The notes beneath the pieces are model-generated. The model was not told the origin of the DNA and did no database searches. It was given only the letters and a program-made list of their open reading frames with translations. A DNA stretch of 64,000 bases from Octopus sinensis (lineage: Eukaryota), in the NCBI RefSeq assembly GCF_006345805.1, contig NW_021834954.1, forward strand, positions 1 to 64,000, given 5' to 3'. Shown one piece after another: positions 49,138 through 61,105 of this stretch. Each line of letters starts with the position of its first letter. Positions within the stretch are counted from its first letter, which is position 1. A program made the translations under genes and the position numbers.

Positions 49138-49435
49138 CATACATATATACATACATACATACATACATATATACATACATACATACATACATACATACAT
49201 ACATACATACATACATACATACATACATACATACATACAAACATACATACATACATATATACATACATACATATATACATACATACATACATACATACAA
49301 ACATACATACATACATACATACATTCATACATACGAACATACATACATGAACATACATATATACTTACAAACATACATTCATACATTCATACATACATAC
49401 ATACGAACATACATACATACATGAACACGAACATA
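48380..49435. repeat. (CATA)n microsatellite array, ~1.05 kb
   Basis: Direct reading; source of the MYVC-repeat ORFs. Confidence 0.97.
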
Positions 49436-49714
49436 TATACTGGTTTTCTCAAATCATTTTATAAACAATAAAAATTGTGTCCAGGATTTCATGTATGTTT
49501 ACAAGAAGAGAATGTTTATATGTTTTTAAAGAATCTCAAAAATAGTTGATAAATTTGAAAGAAAGAAAATGTTTTGGATTTTTATATTTCAAGGAGTTCA
49601 AAATTTGTGAATCAATTTTCCTGAAATAGAAAATATAAACCCTGTCTTCTTCATATACTTTAATTTAATCTGTACAATAAATCTCTGCCATCAGCTAAAA
49701 GGTGATACATATAT

Positions 49715-49768
<54 letters not shown>

Positions 49769-50747
49769 TATATATTAATGTATGTATGTATGTATGTATG
49801 TATGTATGTAGGGGGCGTGTATGGAAAAGATAAGATAGAGAATACTAAAATAATTTTCAATCTTTGAGACTCTAGGCGTTGGAGTGGCTGAGTTGTAAGT
49901 AGCATACTTACCAACCACCTGGTTCCGAGATCAGTCCCACTGTGTGGCAGCTTGGGCAAGTGTTTTCTCGGGCCAAACATGTACATATTTACGACGGTTT
50001 CTTCCTTCAGTTTCCGTCTACCTCATCCACCCACAAGGCTTTGGTCGGCCCGAGCTATAGTAGAAGTCACTCGCCCAAGGTGCCACGCATGGGACTGAAC
50101 ACGTAACCATGTGCTTGGTACGTAAGCTATTTAACACATACCCCAACCCCGCCTATATTTCGAGAGTTATCTCCGCTTTCTTGCTATCGAAATTAAATCC
50201 GGCAAAAGAAAATTTGAAATTAATTGGAACCCCGGATACGTTGCTACCATTTAAAACTAAACTGAGGTAAGGCATTTAATTTCATTTGGGACCATTTAAC
50301 GCTTGAATGAACATCCTTTCATCTTAAACTCTGTCTGTGTGTCTATAAATTAATAATACAATATTAATTATCGTAGATGTGCGCGATCCAAATTATGAGA
50401 TCAGGAAATTAATGTTTTTTTTGTACGTTATGAAACTTACAAGGGCGTGGCCGCTTTGTTGGGGACAGAGATGGGGTAACACAGAGTAGGGTCTCTGTTC
50501 AATTAGCCTGAAATGGTAGGGTTTTGTGTATATGTTTTAACAAGGGTGGATTCTCCGCTGTGGAAACTGGATACCATTTATTTAAGAAGAGTGGTCCTAG
50601 GGCGTGCCCTCGCATACTCGCGCATCCTCGCTAGCTAGTCGTGACTAGTCGATCCTACAACTACCTAGCAAAGTAAATGAAACACAAAAACACAAAGTAA
50701 GGATCGACAAGTCCCGACTAACTAGTCATCTATCCTTAGTGTCCTCA

Positions 50748-50882
50748 TTGACCACCAGATAAAGGATCGGGGGACCCTGTCGAAAGCTTTCTCCATGTCA
50801 ACAAAAGCCAGGCACAGGGGCTTATCTTTTGTAGGTGTTTCTCCTGCAGCTGCCTTACCAGGAATATAGCTTCAGTGGCACT
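50748..50882 (-). mobile_element. RTE RT fragment
   Basis: ATEAIFLVRQLQEKHLQK.KPLCLAFVDMEKAFDRVP on the minus strand. Confidence 0.8.
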
Positions 50883-50909
50883 TTCCCTAGCACGAAAATG
50901 TATACATAT

Positions 50910-50969
<60 letters not shown>

Positions 50970-50976
50970 GTATATA

Positions 50977-51008
<32 letters not shown>

Positions 51009-51019
51009 AATACATACAC

Positions 51020-51107
<88 letters not shown>

Positions 51108-51920
51108 TATACTTTTACTTTGTATCTAGGTTAGTTGAAATATGTTTCTGATATATATCCACTGTTGATCGACAAGGTGAAAAGGTATAAAAACGACATA
51201 TGTGTCCAGTGCCGCCATCTCAAAAGCGAAAGTGCTAGAAACATCAACGTCTGTGATCCTGGCACTGGACAGAAATGGCGTTTTTATATACTTTTAGGTG
51301 AAGGGAGAATTCTCACCACGGTGTAACTGCTGTAAATTTGCCTTTTAACAATTGAAATATATATTAACTAGAATAAAATTTGCATAATACTGGAAAATTT
51401 TTAATGAACGGGCAATATTAATATTAATTAATAATTCATGTAATGACACGATGATGTTGATGATGGTGATGACAACTATAATGGTAGTGACGGGGGTGGG
51501 GTGGATGTATTCAGTTTTATACTGAAAAATATAAAAATACTTGAAAACAATTGTTTAGAAAAACAAAACACTTCAGATGGCCAGAATTTGTCGATGGAAT
51601 AGTTATCAGCATCCACCAGTTGGTCAAATTTGGAGTGTCAGCACTTAAGAGGGAAAAACAAAATGCGAACCTTAACATTCCCCGATCTGCTATTAAACGG
51701 ATGCCATATGCTGTGAGTATTAGAAACACACAGACAAACACATGAAACAGACACACACACACACACAAACACAGACGTGATTTGTTTGCCTGTAAACTCA
51801 AGTGGTTGTTTAGCATAGGATGGGTGGATAAATTTTGTATCACAGAAATACAATGTTATTTATTTAACAAGAAACGAACCAATATTTTTGCACACACTAA
51901 CGCATCTCTCTCTCTCTCTG

Positions 51921-52095
<175 letters not shown>

Positions 52096-52374
52096 AAACT
52101 TAAAAAATGTATAATATAGCAGCATTTTCGAACTTCATTTTTTATAAATATATATATATATAATAAATATATATATATATATATATATACATATATATAT
52201 AATATATAATAGTTATCGCCATACTAATATGGCATTCTTATAAAAATAAGAAAAAAGCTGTCCGCTTATTAGCTCCATGAGGGCATCGCCTTAAGTTAGC
52301 TATTTGATACACAAACTGTATCCATATAACCTTCGAACAAGGGAGGTCAGTCGCTCCACACTACTTGACCGGCA

Positions 52375-52416
52375 GCTACAGACGCGTTTCGGGGTATTGC
52401 CCCTTTTCAATGCAGC
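52375..52416 (-). ncRNA. Minimal type I hammerhead motif, U3-A8 core variant
   Basis: Minus strand: GCTGCA-TTGAAAA-GGGG(CAATA)CCCC-GAAA-CGCG-TC|TGTAGC. Confidence 0.75.
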
Positions 52417-52735
52417 GTAGCCAGCCAGTAGGTGTCGCTTCCGACAATCTCTGTTCAAAGGTTTTATTTACCTAGTTTCGGTGGAATACATCCACTTGTT
52501 TTCAATAATAGAAATATTAAAATAACTAAGTCTCTCTAAAAGAGAACAGCGGCAGCGTTCCCGGAAAATAATAGTTATCGCCATACTAATATGGCATTCT
52601 TATAAAAATAAGAAAAAAGCTGTCCGCTTATTAGCTCCATGAGGGCATCGCCTTAAGTTAGCTATTTGATACACAAACTGTATCCATATACCTTCGAACA
52701 AGGGAGGTCAGTCGCTCCACACTACTTGACCGGCA

Positions 52736-52776
52736 GCTACAGACGCGTTTCGGGGTACTGCCCCTTTTCATGCAGC
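52736..52776 (-). ncRNA. Second copy of the U3-A8 hammerhead motif (one core U missing)
   Basis: GCTGCA-TGAAAA-GGGG(CAGTA)CCCC-GAAA-CGCG-TC|TGTAGC; the 1-nt deletion may be a sequencing error. Confidence 0.6.
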
Positions 52777-53338
52777 GTAGCCCACCCAGTAGGTGTCGCT
52801 TCCGACAATCTCTGTTCAAAGGTTTTATTTACCTAGTTTCGGTGGAATACATCCACTTGTTTTCAATAATAGAAATATTAAAATAACTAAGTCTCTCTAA
52901 AAGAGAACAGCGGCAGCGTTCCCGGAAAATAATAGTTATCGCCATACTAATATGGCATTCTTATAAAAATAAGAAAAAAGCTGTCCGCTTATTAGCTCCA
53001 TGAGGGCATCGCCTTAAGTTAGCTATTTGATACACAAACTGTATCCATATAACCTTCGAACAAGGTTATATGGATACAGTTTGTGTATCAAATAGCTAAC
53101 TTAAGGCGATGCCCTCATGGAGCTAATAAGCGGACAGCTTTTTTCTTATTTTTATAAGAATGCCATATTAGTATGGCGATAACTATTATTTTCCGGGAAT
53201 GCTGCCGCTGTTCTCTTTTAGAGAGACTTAGTTATTTTAATATTTCTATTATTGAAAACAAGTGGATGTATTCCACCGAACTAGGTAAATAAAACCATCG
53301 AACAGAGATGTCGGAAGCGACACCTACTGGCTGGCTAC

Positions 53339-53380
53339 GCTGCATTGAAAAGGGGCAATACCCCGAAACGCGTCTGTAGC
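53339..53380 (+). ncRNA. Minimal type I hammerhead motif, U3-A8 core variant
   Basis: Stem I GCTGCA/TGTAGC; core TTGAAAA 53345-53351; stem II GGGG/CCCC; GAAA 53365-53368; palindromic stem III ACGCGT; GUC cleavage after 53374. Confidence 0.75.
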
Positions 53381-53684
53381 TGCCGGTCAAGTAGTGTGGA
53401 GCGACTGACCTCCCTTGTTCGAAGGTTATATGGATACAGTTTGTGTATCAAATAGCTAACTTAAGGCGATGCCCTCATGGAGCTAATAAGCGGACAGCTT
53501 TTTTCTTATTTTTATAAGAATGCCATATTAGTATGGCGATAACTATTATTTCGGGAACGCTGCCGCTGTCTCTTTAGAGAGACTTAGTTATTTTAATATT
53601 TCTATTATAAATATATAAATATATATATATATCTCTTCTCTGTCTGTCTCTCTCTCTCTCTCTCTCTCAATATATATATATATT

Positions 53685-53740
<56 letters not shown>

Positions 53741-54122
53741 CATGTATATATATGCATATTGAAATATCTATATATAGATTTGATATACACACATACATAA
53801 AACTATATATGCATTATGCAAATACGGATTGTCAGCTACTATTTCTGTTTGGTTTAACGATATCAAATATCTCCACTCACTCTTTGATTGCTGAACAAAC
53901 TTTCTTAAAATCAAATAATTACTACTCATTCGATATAATTAAAAAGATAATTACAATGTTTGTGCTGAAAGAGAATCCTGTGTGTGCCTTAATTAGCCAA
54001 CATTCTGTTGTATTTAAGAATACCAGCTATCCCTTATGTCTCGGGATTTCGCTTTCTCTCACTTTTTATCAAGATATACACACACAACTATTTATACATG
54101 TACGTTTGAGTGCCTATATGCG

Positions 54123-54153
<31 letters not shown>

Positions 54154-54236
54154 CATATTATATTATATATATATATATAATATAATATATAATATATATA
54201 TATATATATACATATTCTATCATAATATATATATAG

Positions 54237-54268
<32 letters not shown>

Positions 54269-54449
54269 CATATATATGTATTATCGATAGATGAGTGTAT
54301 TATTACCTTGTTAACAATTAACACGAACACTTAAATAAATAGTTACCAGGGTAGCAAAAATCTCACAGTAAATTTTTGATCAGCTAATGAACTTTTCAGC
54401 TGACTCTTGTGTGTGCTTATGTATGTATGTGTGTGTGTGTGTGTGTGAG

Positions 54450-54770
54450 CATTGGAATCACAATCATGAGGTTGTGAGTTCGAATCCTGGTCCGAGCTGT
54501 GTGTTGTGTTCTTGGGCAGACACTTTATCTCACGTTACTCCAGTTCACTAATCGATAGAAATGAGCTGTGACCCCTCACTGCTGCCAAGCTATATCGGCC
54601 TTCTTTGCCTTTGCCTTGGATAACATCGGTGGCGTAGAGGGGAGGGGCCAGTATGCATGGGCGGCTTCTGATCTTCCATAAACAGCCTTACTCGGATTTA
54701 TGCCTCCGAGGGGAACTTTCTAGGTGCAATCTCATGCTCATTCATGACCGAAGGGGGTCTTTAGCCTTTA
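54450..54770 (+). mobile_element. tRNA-derived SINE (third family)
   Basis: B-box GAGTTCGAATCC at ~54477-54488, followed by TGTGTTCTTGGGCAGACACTTT; ends before a CA/TA tract. Confidence 0.55.
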
Positions 54771-54816
54771 TACATACATACACACACACACACACTCACA
54801 CAAACATATATATATG

Positions 54817-54847
<31 letters not shown>

Positions 54848-55274
54848 TATATATATATACAGAGAGTGGGTATGCATGTGTAGGATGTGTAGAATGTATA
54901 AGTATATGCATACATGTATGTATGTATAAATATATGCATATATGTATATGTTTACATACGTGAGACAGACAGACAGACAGGGAGCGTGTGTGTTAGAGAA
55001 TAAAAGTGAGTAAGCGTGAGAGTATGAGAGATTGAGTCTCAGAAATTTGGTCATTGTTAAATGCATGTCAGTCGCCCACTTGAGGAAATAATATACATCG
55101 TAAACAAAGTAATTAACTCTCTAATTGTTCCATTTAATTACTTCATTAGGCTGTTATTATTAATTCCGACCTTGCTTAGAACATGTTTGCATTCCAGGAA
55201 ATAATGGCCATCAAACTTGAGTTTACCATATCAATATGTATCTATCTATCCTATCCATCTATGTGCGTGTATGC

Positions 55275-55314
<40 letters not shown>

Positions 55315-56987
55315 TTCGGGGTTCAATTTGGCCAAATGACTTCTACTATAGCCTTGGGCTGACCAAAGCCTTGTTTGTGTGTCTGTGTTTGTCCTCTCGT
55401 CATCGCTTGGCAACCGATGTTGGTGTGTTTGCGTCCCCGTAAATTAGCGGTTCGACAAAAGGAACCGATAGAATAAGTACTGCACTAGTAAAGAATAAAT
55501 TTTGTGTCGATTTGTTTAACCCAAAAGACACCGCTCCATCATGGCCGCGGTCAAGTAAAAGAGTATACATACATACCTATATACATACACATACATACAT
55601 ATACATACATACATACATACATATATACATATATGTGTGTATATATATATATGTGGGTGGGGGTGGAAGAAAAGCTGTATCTTCCTATTCACACAATTCG
55701 TTTCACAATTCTACATTTTACTCATTGGATATTACAAAAATACTTTATTTTTTATTTTTAGAAAACATTATTTTTTTCTCATATGTTCACACTGTCTCTC
55801 TCTCTCTCTCTATCTCTCAGTTTCCCCACGTATTTCTAAACATAACCTGTATACCGTGACCCTTAAACCTAACCAATACCTACAACTTAAACCCTAACCT
55901 AAAAACTCAAACGCTTGGCCTCTCTTTTAAACCCTTCTCTCGTTCTAAATCCCTAATAAAAGAATTTTTTCTGATACATTTGTCAACTGCTGTTTCTTTA
56001 GGTTTAGCCATATCAAATGTCCCTTCGTTTGTCCTGTTCCCCTAAACTTTATTAAAATAAGTTTATGGAACCTGTAGATGTGAGAATACCCATAGCTACA
56101 ACTTATATTCTAACCCTTTCCCTATTTCTCGTCCTAAATCTTTAATACGAATTCCAAACGATCTTTTCCTGGCATATTTGTCAACTGCTATTTCTGTTTG
56201 GCTTAGCGATACCAAAAGTCTCCTTCGATTGTCCTGTTCCCCTAAATATAAATGAAATATAAAATGCAGTTGATTATGGCACCTCTAAACGGGAGAATAC
56301 AAGGTGAGATGATGAATGAGATGAGAGGGTAATAATGCCTTTCCAGATATATAATAATCCCGTAAATGAAATAAAGAATAGTTTTCAAATATGAACAGGC
56401 TGAAATTAAGCGTGTGAGCAGTAAAGCACATTGAAATTGCATAATTACAGCTAATTAGAAGTAATTAAAGATATAATTACTATGTTTATGTTGTGTCCTC
56501 AATTTGTCTAAACTGGGAAATTTGGGATGTATTTTATAAATACCAAGAATTTATAACTTGCTCCCTTCCTCCCTCTCTCTTTCTCTCTCTCTCTCTCACT
56601 CTCTCTCTTTATGCACAAACCTATACACATAGGGGTACATACACACACACACATGCATGCATACAGTTTGAGCCGGCAGAACCGTTACTGTCGCCTGGGT
56701 TGCTGTTACATGTCATCGTTTCGCTCGATAAAATAAATACTTATTAAGCACGTGGGTTGATATAATCCACTTAAATCCTGACTTGAAATTGCTGGTCGAG
56801 TGCCAAAGTTTAAAACCAATGTGTGTATGTGTATGTATGCCTGTATGTGTATCTATGTGTGTGTGTATGTGTATGTGTGTGTATGTGTGTGTGTATGTGT
56901 GTGTATGTGTATGTATGTGAGTATGTGTGTGTGTATGCGTGTGTATTTGAAAGTGTGTGTGTATGTGTGTGTTTGTGTGTATGTGTA

Positions 56988-57090
<103 letters not shown>

Positions 57091-57226
57091 AATAAAATAG
57101 TAAAGTGTGAAAAAACGACAGAAGGCTTAATGTTAAAATATATATATTTGTGTCAAAATGTCTGGAGAATATTGGAAAAATTTTTTTCGTTTCCTTAAAA
57201 TGAATAAATAATTTAAAATTTTTAAA

Positions 57227-57262
57227 GAAATTACCGGTTTCGCGTGTAGCTTTTCAAATTTC
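57227..57262 (-). ncRNA. Very small type I hammerhead motif, U3-A8 core variant
   Basis: Minus strand: GAAAT-TTGAAAA-GC(TACAC)GC-GAAA-CCGG-TA|ATTTC; located 3' of the PLE ORF on the same strand. Confidence 0.65.
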
Positions 57263-57445
57263 TGTGACGTTATGTTTATATTGCATGAATATCGTTGTTT
57301 TTATTTCCAGGAGATTTCTAAAAAGGGGAGGTAGTGAGTGATTTTTTTCCGGTGTAGGGGAGATAATTGCTTAAAAATTTTTTTTCCCTTTTCCTTGTTA
57401 ATTTCTCTGTGTCAGTATGTTCGGATGGTTGAGTCTGGGTTTGTA

Positions 57446-59335
57446 CTATTCAATGAAGAATGTTTCCTTGTTCAGTCTCATTTGTGTTGATGATCTGAAA
57501 GCACATTGGTAAAATGGGAAGATTAAAAATTGTGGCAGTAGTTGCTTTGCGCATTTCTCAATGTGCTCACTAAAAGGTATCATTCTATATTCTGGGAATG
57601 CAATCTGTTGTCGATGCAGTGTGCATCTGCGCCTGAGTGATAGTCCCGTGGAACCCACGTAGTCTTGGTGGCAGCCCGAGCATTTAATAACATAAATTAT
57701 GTTTTCAGAGGACAAGTAAAGTTAGATTTGATCTTAAATTTCTGTCCCTCTTTAAAGAAGAATTCTGATCCTTCCAATAGGTTAGGACATGTTGCACAGT
57801 TCGATCTACCACACATTTTTTTAACTTTTGCATCCGTAATTTTAGAGGACATTTTGCCTTTGTGAGAATCTTTTTAAGTGATTTAGGCTGTTTGTAGCTT
57901 TTAATGATTTGGTGTATGTTTAGAATTTCCTTTAATTTTGGGTTTTTATGAAGTATTGGTAAATTCTGGGTGATGATGGTGAAGGATTCTTTGTTTCTGG
58001 GGTTGTATGTAGATATGTAAGGTAGTATTTTCGGGGAAGGTGTGTTGTTGTGTTGAACTTTTCTTAAAGTTTCTATGTTGATTTCTGTTGCACGTCTGAT
58101 CCCATCCTCTATGAGTTGAGCTGGGTAATGTCTGTCAATTAGGGTGTTTTTGAGTTCTTGCAGTCTAAAGTTCCTGGTATTTTGTTCTGACACTATTGTG
58201 CATATCCTTCTTGCAAGGTTGAAGGGGATGTTTGTTTTAGTGTGTCTTGGGTGGCATGAATTAAAAAGAAGGTATTGTTTGGTGTCTGTGCTTTGTAAAA
58301 AAATGTCTGTTTCTTTTTAAGGTTAATTTTTTTAATTAGTATATCCAAGAACGGGAGCTCCTTTGGTTGTATTCCATTGTGAACTGTATATTTGGGTTTA
58401 TGCTGTTCAATAGGTTTTTAAATTTTAGGAGTTTATCTATGTTTTCATTCAGAGAATGAAACAATCGTCTAGGAATCGTTTCCAATTCTCTTTTATGTAT
58501 TGAGAGAGGAGTTTCCAAAGATTGATAGAGATTCCTGGTAAATGATTATTTCCATGTATCCCATTGTTAAGTTCGCAATGGCTGGTGCTGCCCTTGTACC
58601 CATAGCAATTCCGGATTTTTGACGGTAAAATGTATTGTCAAACATGAAGTGGTTATTGTGTAGGATGAATTCAATTGATTTAGTAATGAATTCCTTACTG
58701 ATCCTTTTTAGTATTTCTTCCGGAAATTGGTCTAACCAGAATTGTATTGCCTCCAGTCCATAATTATGAGGTATACTGGTATACAAGTTGACTACATCAA
58801 ATGAAACCAGGATTGTTTCTTCCTTGGTTTTTTTTTGGAAGGTGGTTTAACATATCTAAGTCATCTCTGATATGGCTATCGATATGTTTAAGGAAGGGTT
58901 CAAGAGGATGTCCATAAGTAGACTTGTCTGTGTGTTTCACAGGTTGGGCCAGCTACAATGGGTCGTAGTTTTAGGTCCCCCGGATTAGGTGTGTGTATGT
59001 ATGTCTTTGGTGATTTTTTAATGGTTTCATTTATAATTTGACTTTTATAATTTTTGGCAGACCATAGAAAAGGCTAGGTTTGCATTTAAAGTTTGTTAGG
59101 AAATCAATCTCTTTGGTTGTCAGTTCCTTTTCATGGGTTTTAATTAGTGAAGATAGAGTTTTCATTATTTTTTGTGGGGTGTAGTTGGTAATTTTTTCAT
59201 AATGTAGGTCTTCATCAAGCAAGGAAATTACAAGATTTCTGTAGTATGATGTATCCATTATTACAACTGCATTTCCCTTGTCCGCTTCCTTAATGGTTAT
59301 ATCTTCATCATTTTGGAGTTCTATCAGTTCTTTCC
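57446..59335 (-). pseudogene. PLE RT/GIY-YIG ORF broken into several frames
   Basis: ORFs 59031-59405, 58493-58786, 58336-58518, 57705-58193 and 57446-57715 are consecutive pieces. Confidence 0.88.
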
Positions 59336-59484
59336 AAAAAAAAAAAAAAAAATTTTTCCAATATTCTCCAGACATTTTGACACAAATATATATATTTTTT
59401 AACATTTAAGCCTTCTGTCGTTTTTTCACACTTTACTATTTTCTTATATATTCACCCACGTGCTTTACCAAACAAACTTTCTTA

Positions 59485-59531
<47 letters not shown>

Positions 59532-59639
59532 CATTATGAATACCGTTATATTATGTATGTCTGTGTTTGTTCGGTTTGCAAAAAACTTTCTAGCATTTTG
59601 TAAGTAAAATTTTTTAATAGTCTTTAGATTGCCGTGCAT

Positions 59640-59830
59640 AGCTTTACTCAAACCAAATATTTCCCATTTTGTTCCCCTACCTTTCGCCATCTTTGAGGCA
59701 GCTTCATGACCCTGTCCTTCCAGAACTTGCTATATTTCTGGGTCATTAACTTGTCTAAGTAGCTTCTACACTCTTTTAAACAATCAAAGTTCTCCCCATT
59801 AAGAGAATTCTGCAAGGATCCCAATAAATG
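59640..59830 (-). mobile_element. mariner transposase C-terminal fragment
   Basis: SLQNSLNGENF...YLDKLMTQK..KFWKDRVMKLPQRWRKVGEQNGKY is the typical mariner C-terminus. Confidence 0.8.
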
Positions 59831-59907
59831 ATAATTTATCTCCCTATGCCTGTCTGTCTCTCGTTCCCTCTCTCTCTCTCTCTCTCTCAATCTATCTATC
59901 TGTCTAT

Positions 59908-60034
<127 letters not shown>

Positions 60035-60374
60035 CATACATATATATATATTATATTATATATATTCTTGAAATATGGAAATTTTTTCACAATTTTTCCA
60101 GGATCCTCATCGTTCAATAAACAGAAAGAAAAAATATCCGGGAAAAGTGTAAAAATTAAGAGAGAGGGATGAATTTTTGAGATTTTATTTTCAGGATCGA
60201 ATCCCGCCACCTGCTTCATTTTTTCCACTTTTTCCAGAATTTTCTCTTCTTACTTATTTTTTTATTTTCTATTTTATTATTATTATTTTTTGGGTGGGGC
60301 CAAATACGTAAAAAATACAAAGATTTGAACTCTGATAATAATTTTTCTTTTTAATTTTAACTCGTTAACCAACC

Positions 60375-61105
60375 ACATGTTTCCGGGTGGCACCTCGGGC
60401 AACAGATTTGTTTCAGTCATTTACCTGTGGCCATGCTGGAGCGCTGCCATTAGTCGAGCAAATCGACACCAGGACTTATTTTTTGTAAGCCTATTGCTTA
60501 TTCTATCGGTCTCTATTTGCTGAACCGCTAAGTACGTTATGTTATCGTAGTTTTGTTAGCTTTGGCTGCTATTTCTAGCGTATGGATACCCTGCTTGAAG
60601 GCTGAAGGGTATTATATATATAATTATATATATATATTTATTTTTAATATGTTCTTTTATTTTACTTGTTTCAGTCATTTGACTATGGCCATGCTGGAGC
60701 ACCGCCTCTAGTCGAGCAAATCGACCCCAAGACTTATTCTTTTTAAGTCCAGCGGTTCTTGACAAGACGCTAATTGACGGGGATGTAAACACCCCAGCAT
60801 CGGTTGTCAAGCGATGTTGGTGGGACAAAAAGGCACACACACTCACACACACATATATGTATATATATATTTATATACGACGGGCTTCTTTCAGTTTCCA
60901 TCTCCCAAATATATTCATATACACACACACGCACATATATATATATATATGTACATATTTACGACGGGGCTTCCTTCAGTTTCTGTCTACCAGATTCACT
61001 CACAAGGCTTTGGTCGCCCGAGGCTATAGCAGAAGTCACTCGCTCAAGGTGCCACGCAGTGGGACTGAACCCGGAACCATGTGCTTGGTTCGCAAGCTAC
61101 TTAAC
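60375..61105 (-). mobile_element. Cluster of tRNA-derived SINE copies
   Basis: CAGTCATTTGACTATGGCCATGCTGGAGCACCGCC...GGTGCCACGCAGTGGGACTGAACCCGGAACCATGTG. Confidence 0.8.

Larger units (their letters stand above)
52208..53609. mobile_element. Tandem 361-bp PLE-type repeats (2.4 copies) followed by an inverted 1.5-copy arm
   Basis: Units start at ~52208, 52570 and 52931; symmetry centre AACCTT-CGAAC-AAGGTT at 53051-53067; each full unit carries a hammerhead motif; TA microsatellites on both sides. Confidence 0.85.
57093..59445 (-). mobile_element. Penelope-like element (Neptune-type RT + Cys-linker + GIY-YIG), frameshifted, with inverted terminal duplication
   Basis: Minus strand: IKEADKGNAVVIMD, LFYGLPKI, YTSIPH, QKSGIAMGTRAAPAIANL, TYNP, CGRSNCATC linker, NIIYVIKC..C...YVGSTG..LRRRCTLHRQQI. 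57093-57188 is the reverse complement of 59345-59445. Confidence 0.9.

Noticed and set aside
48356-49386. Multiple 100-175 aa MYVC-repeat ORFs
   Set aside because: Artefacts of the (CATA)n array.
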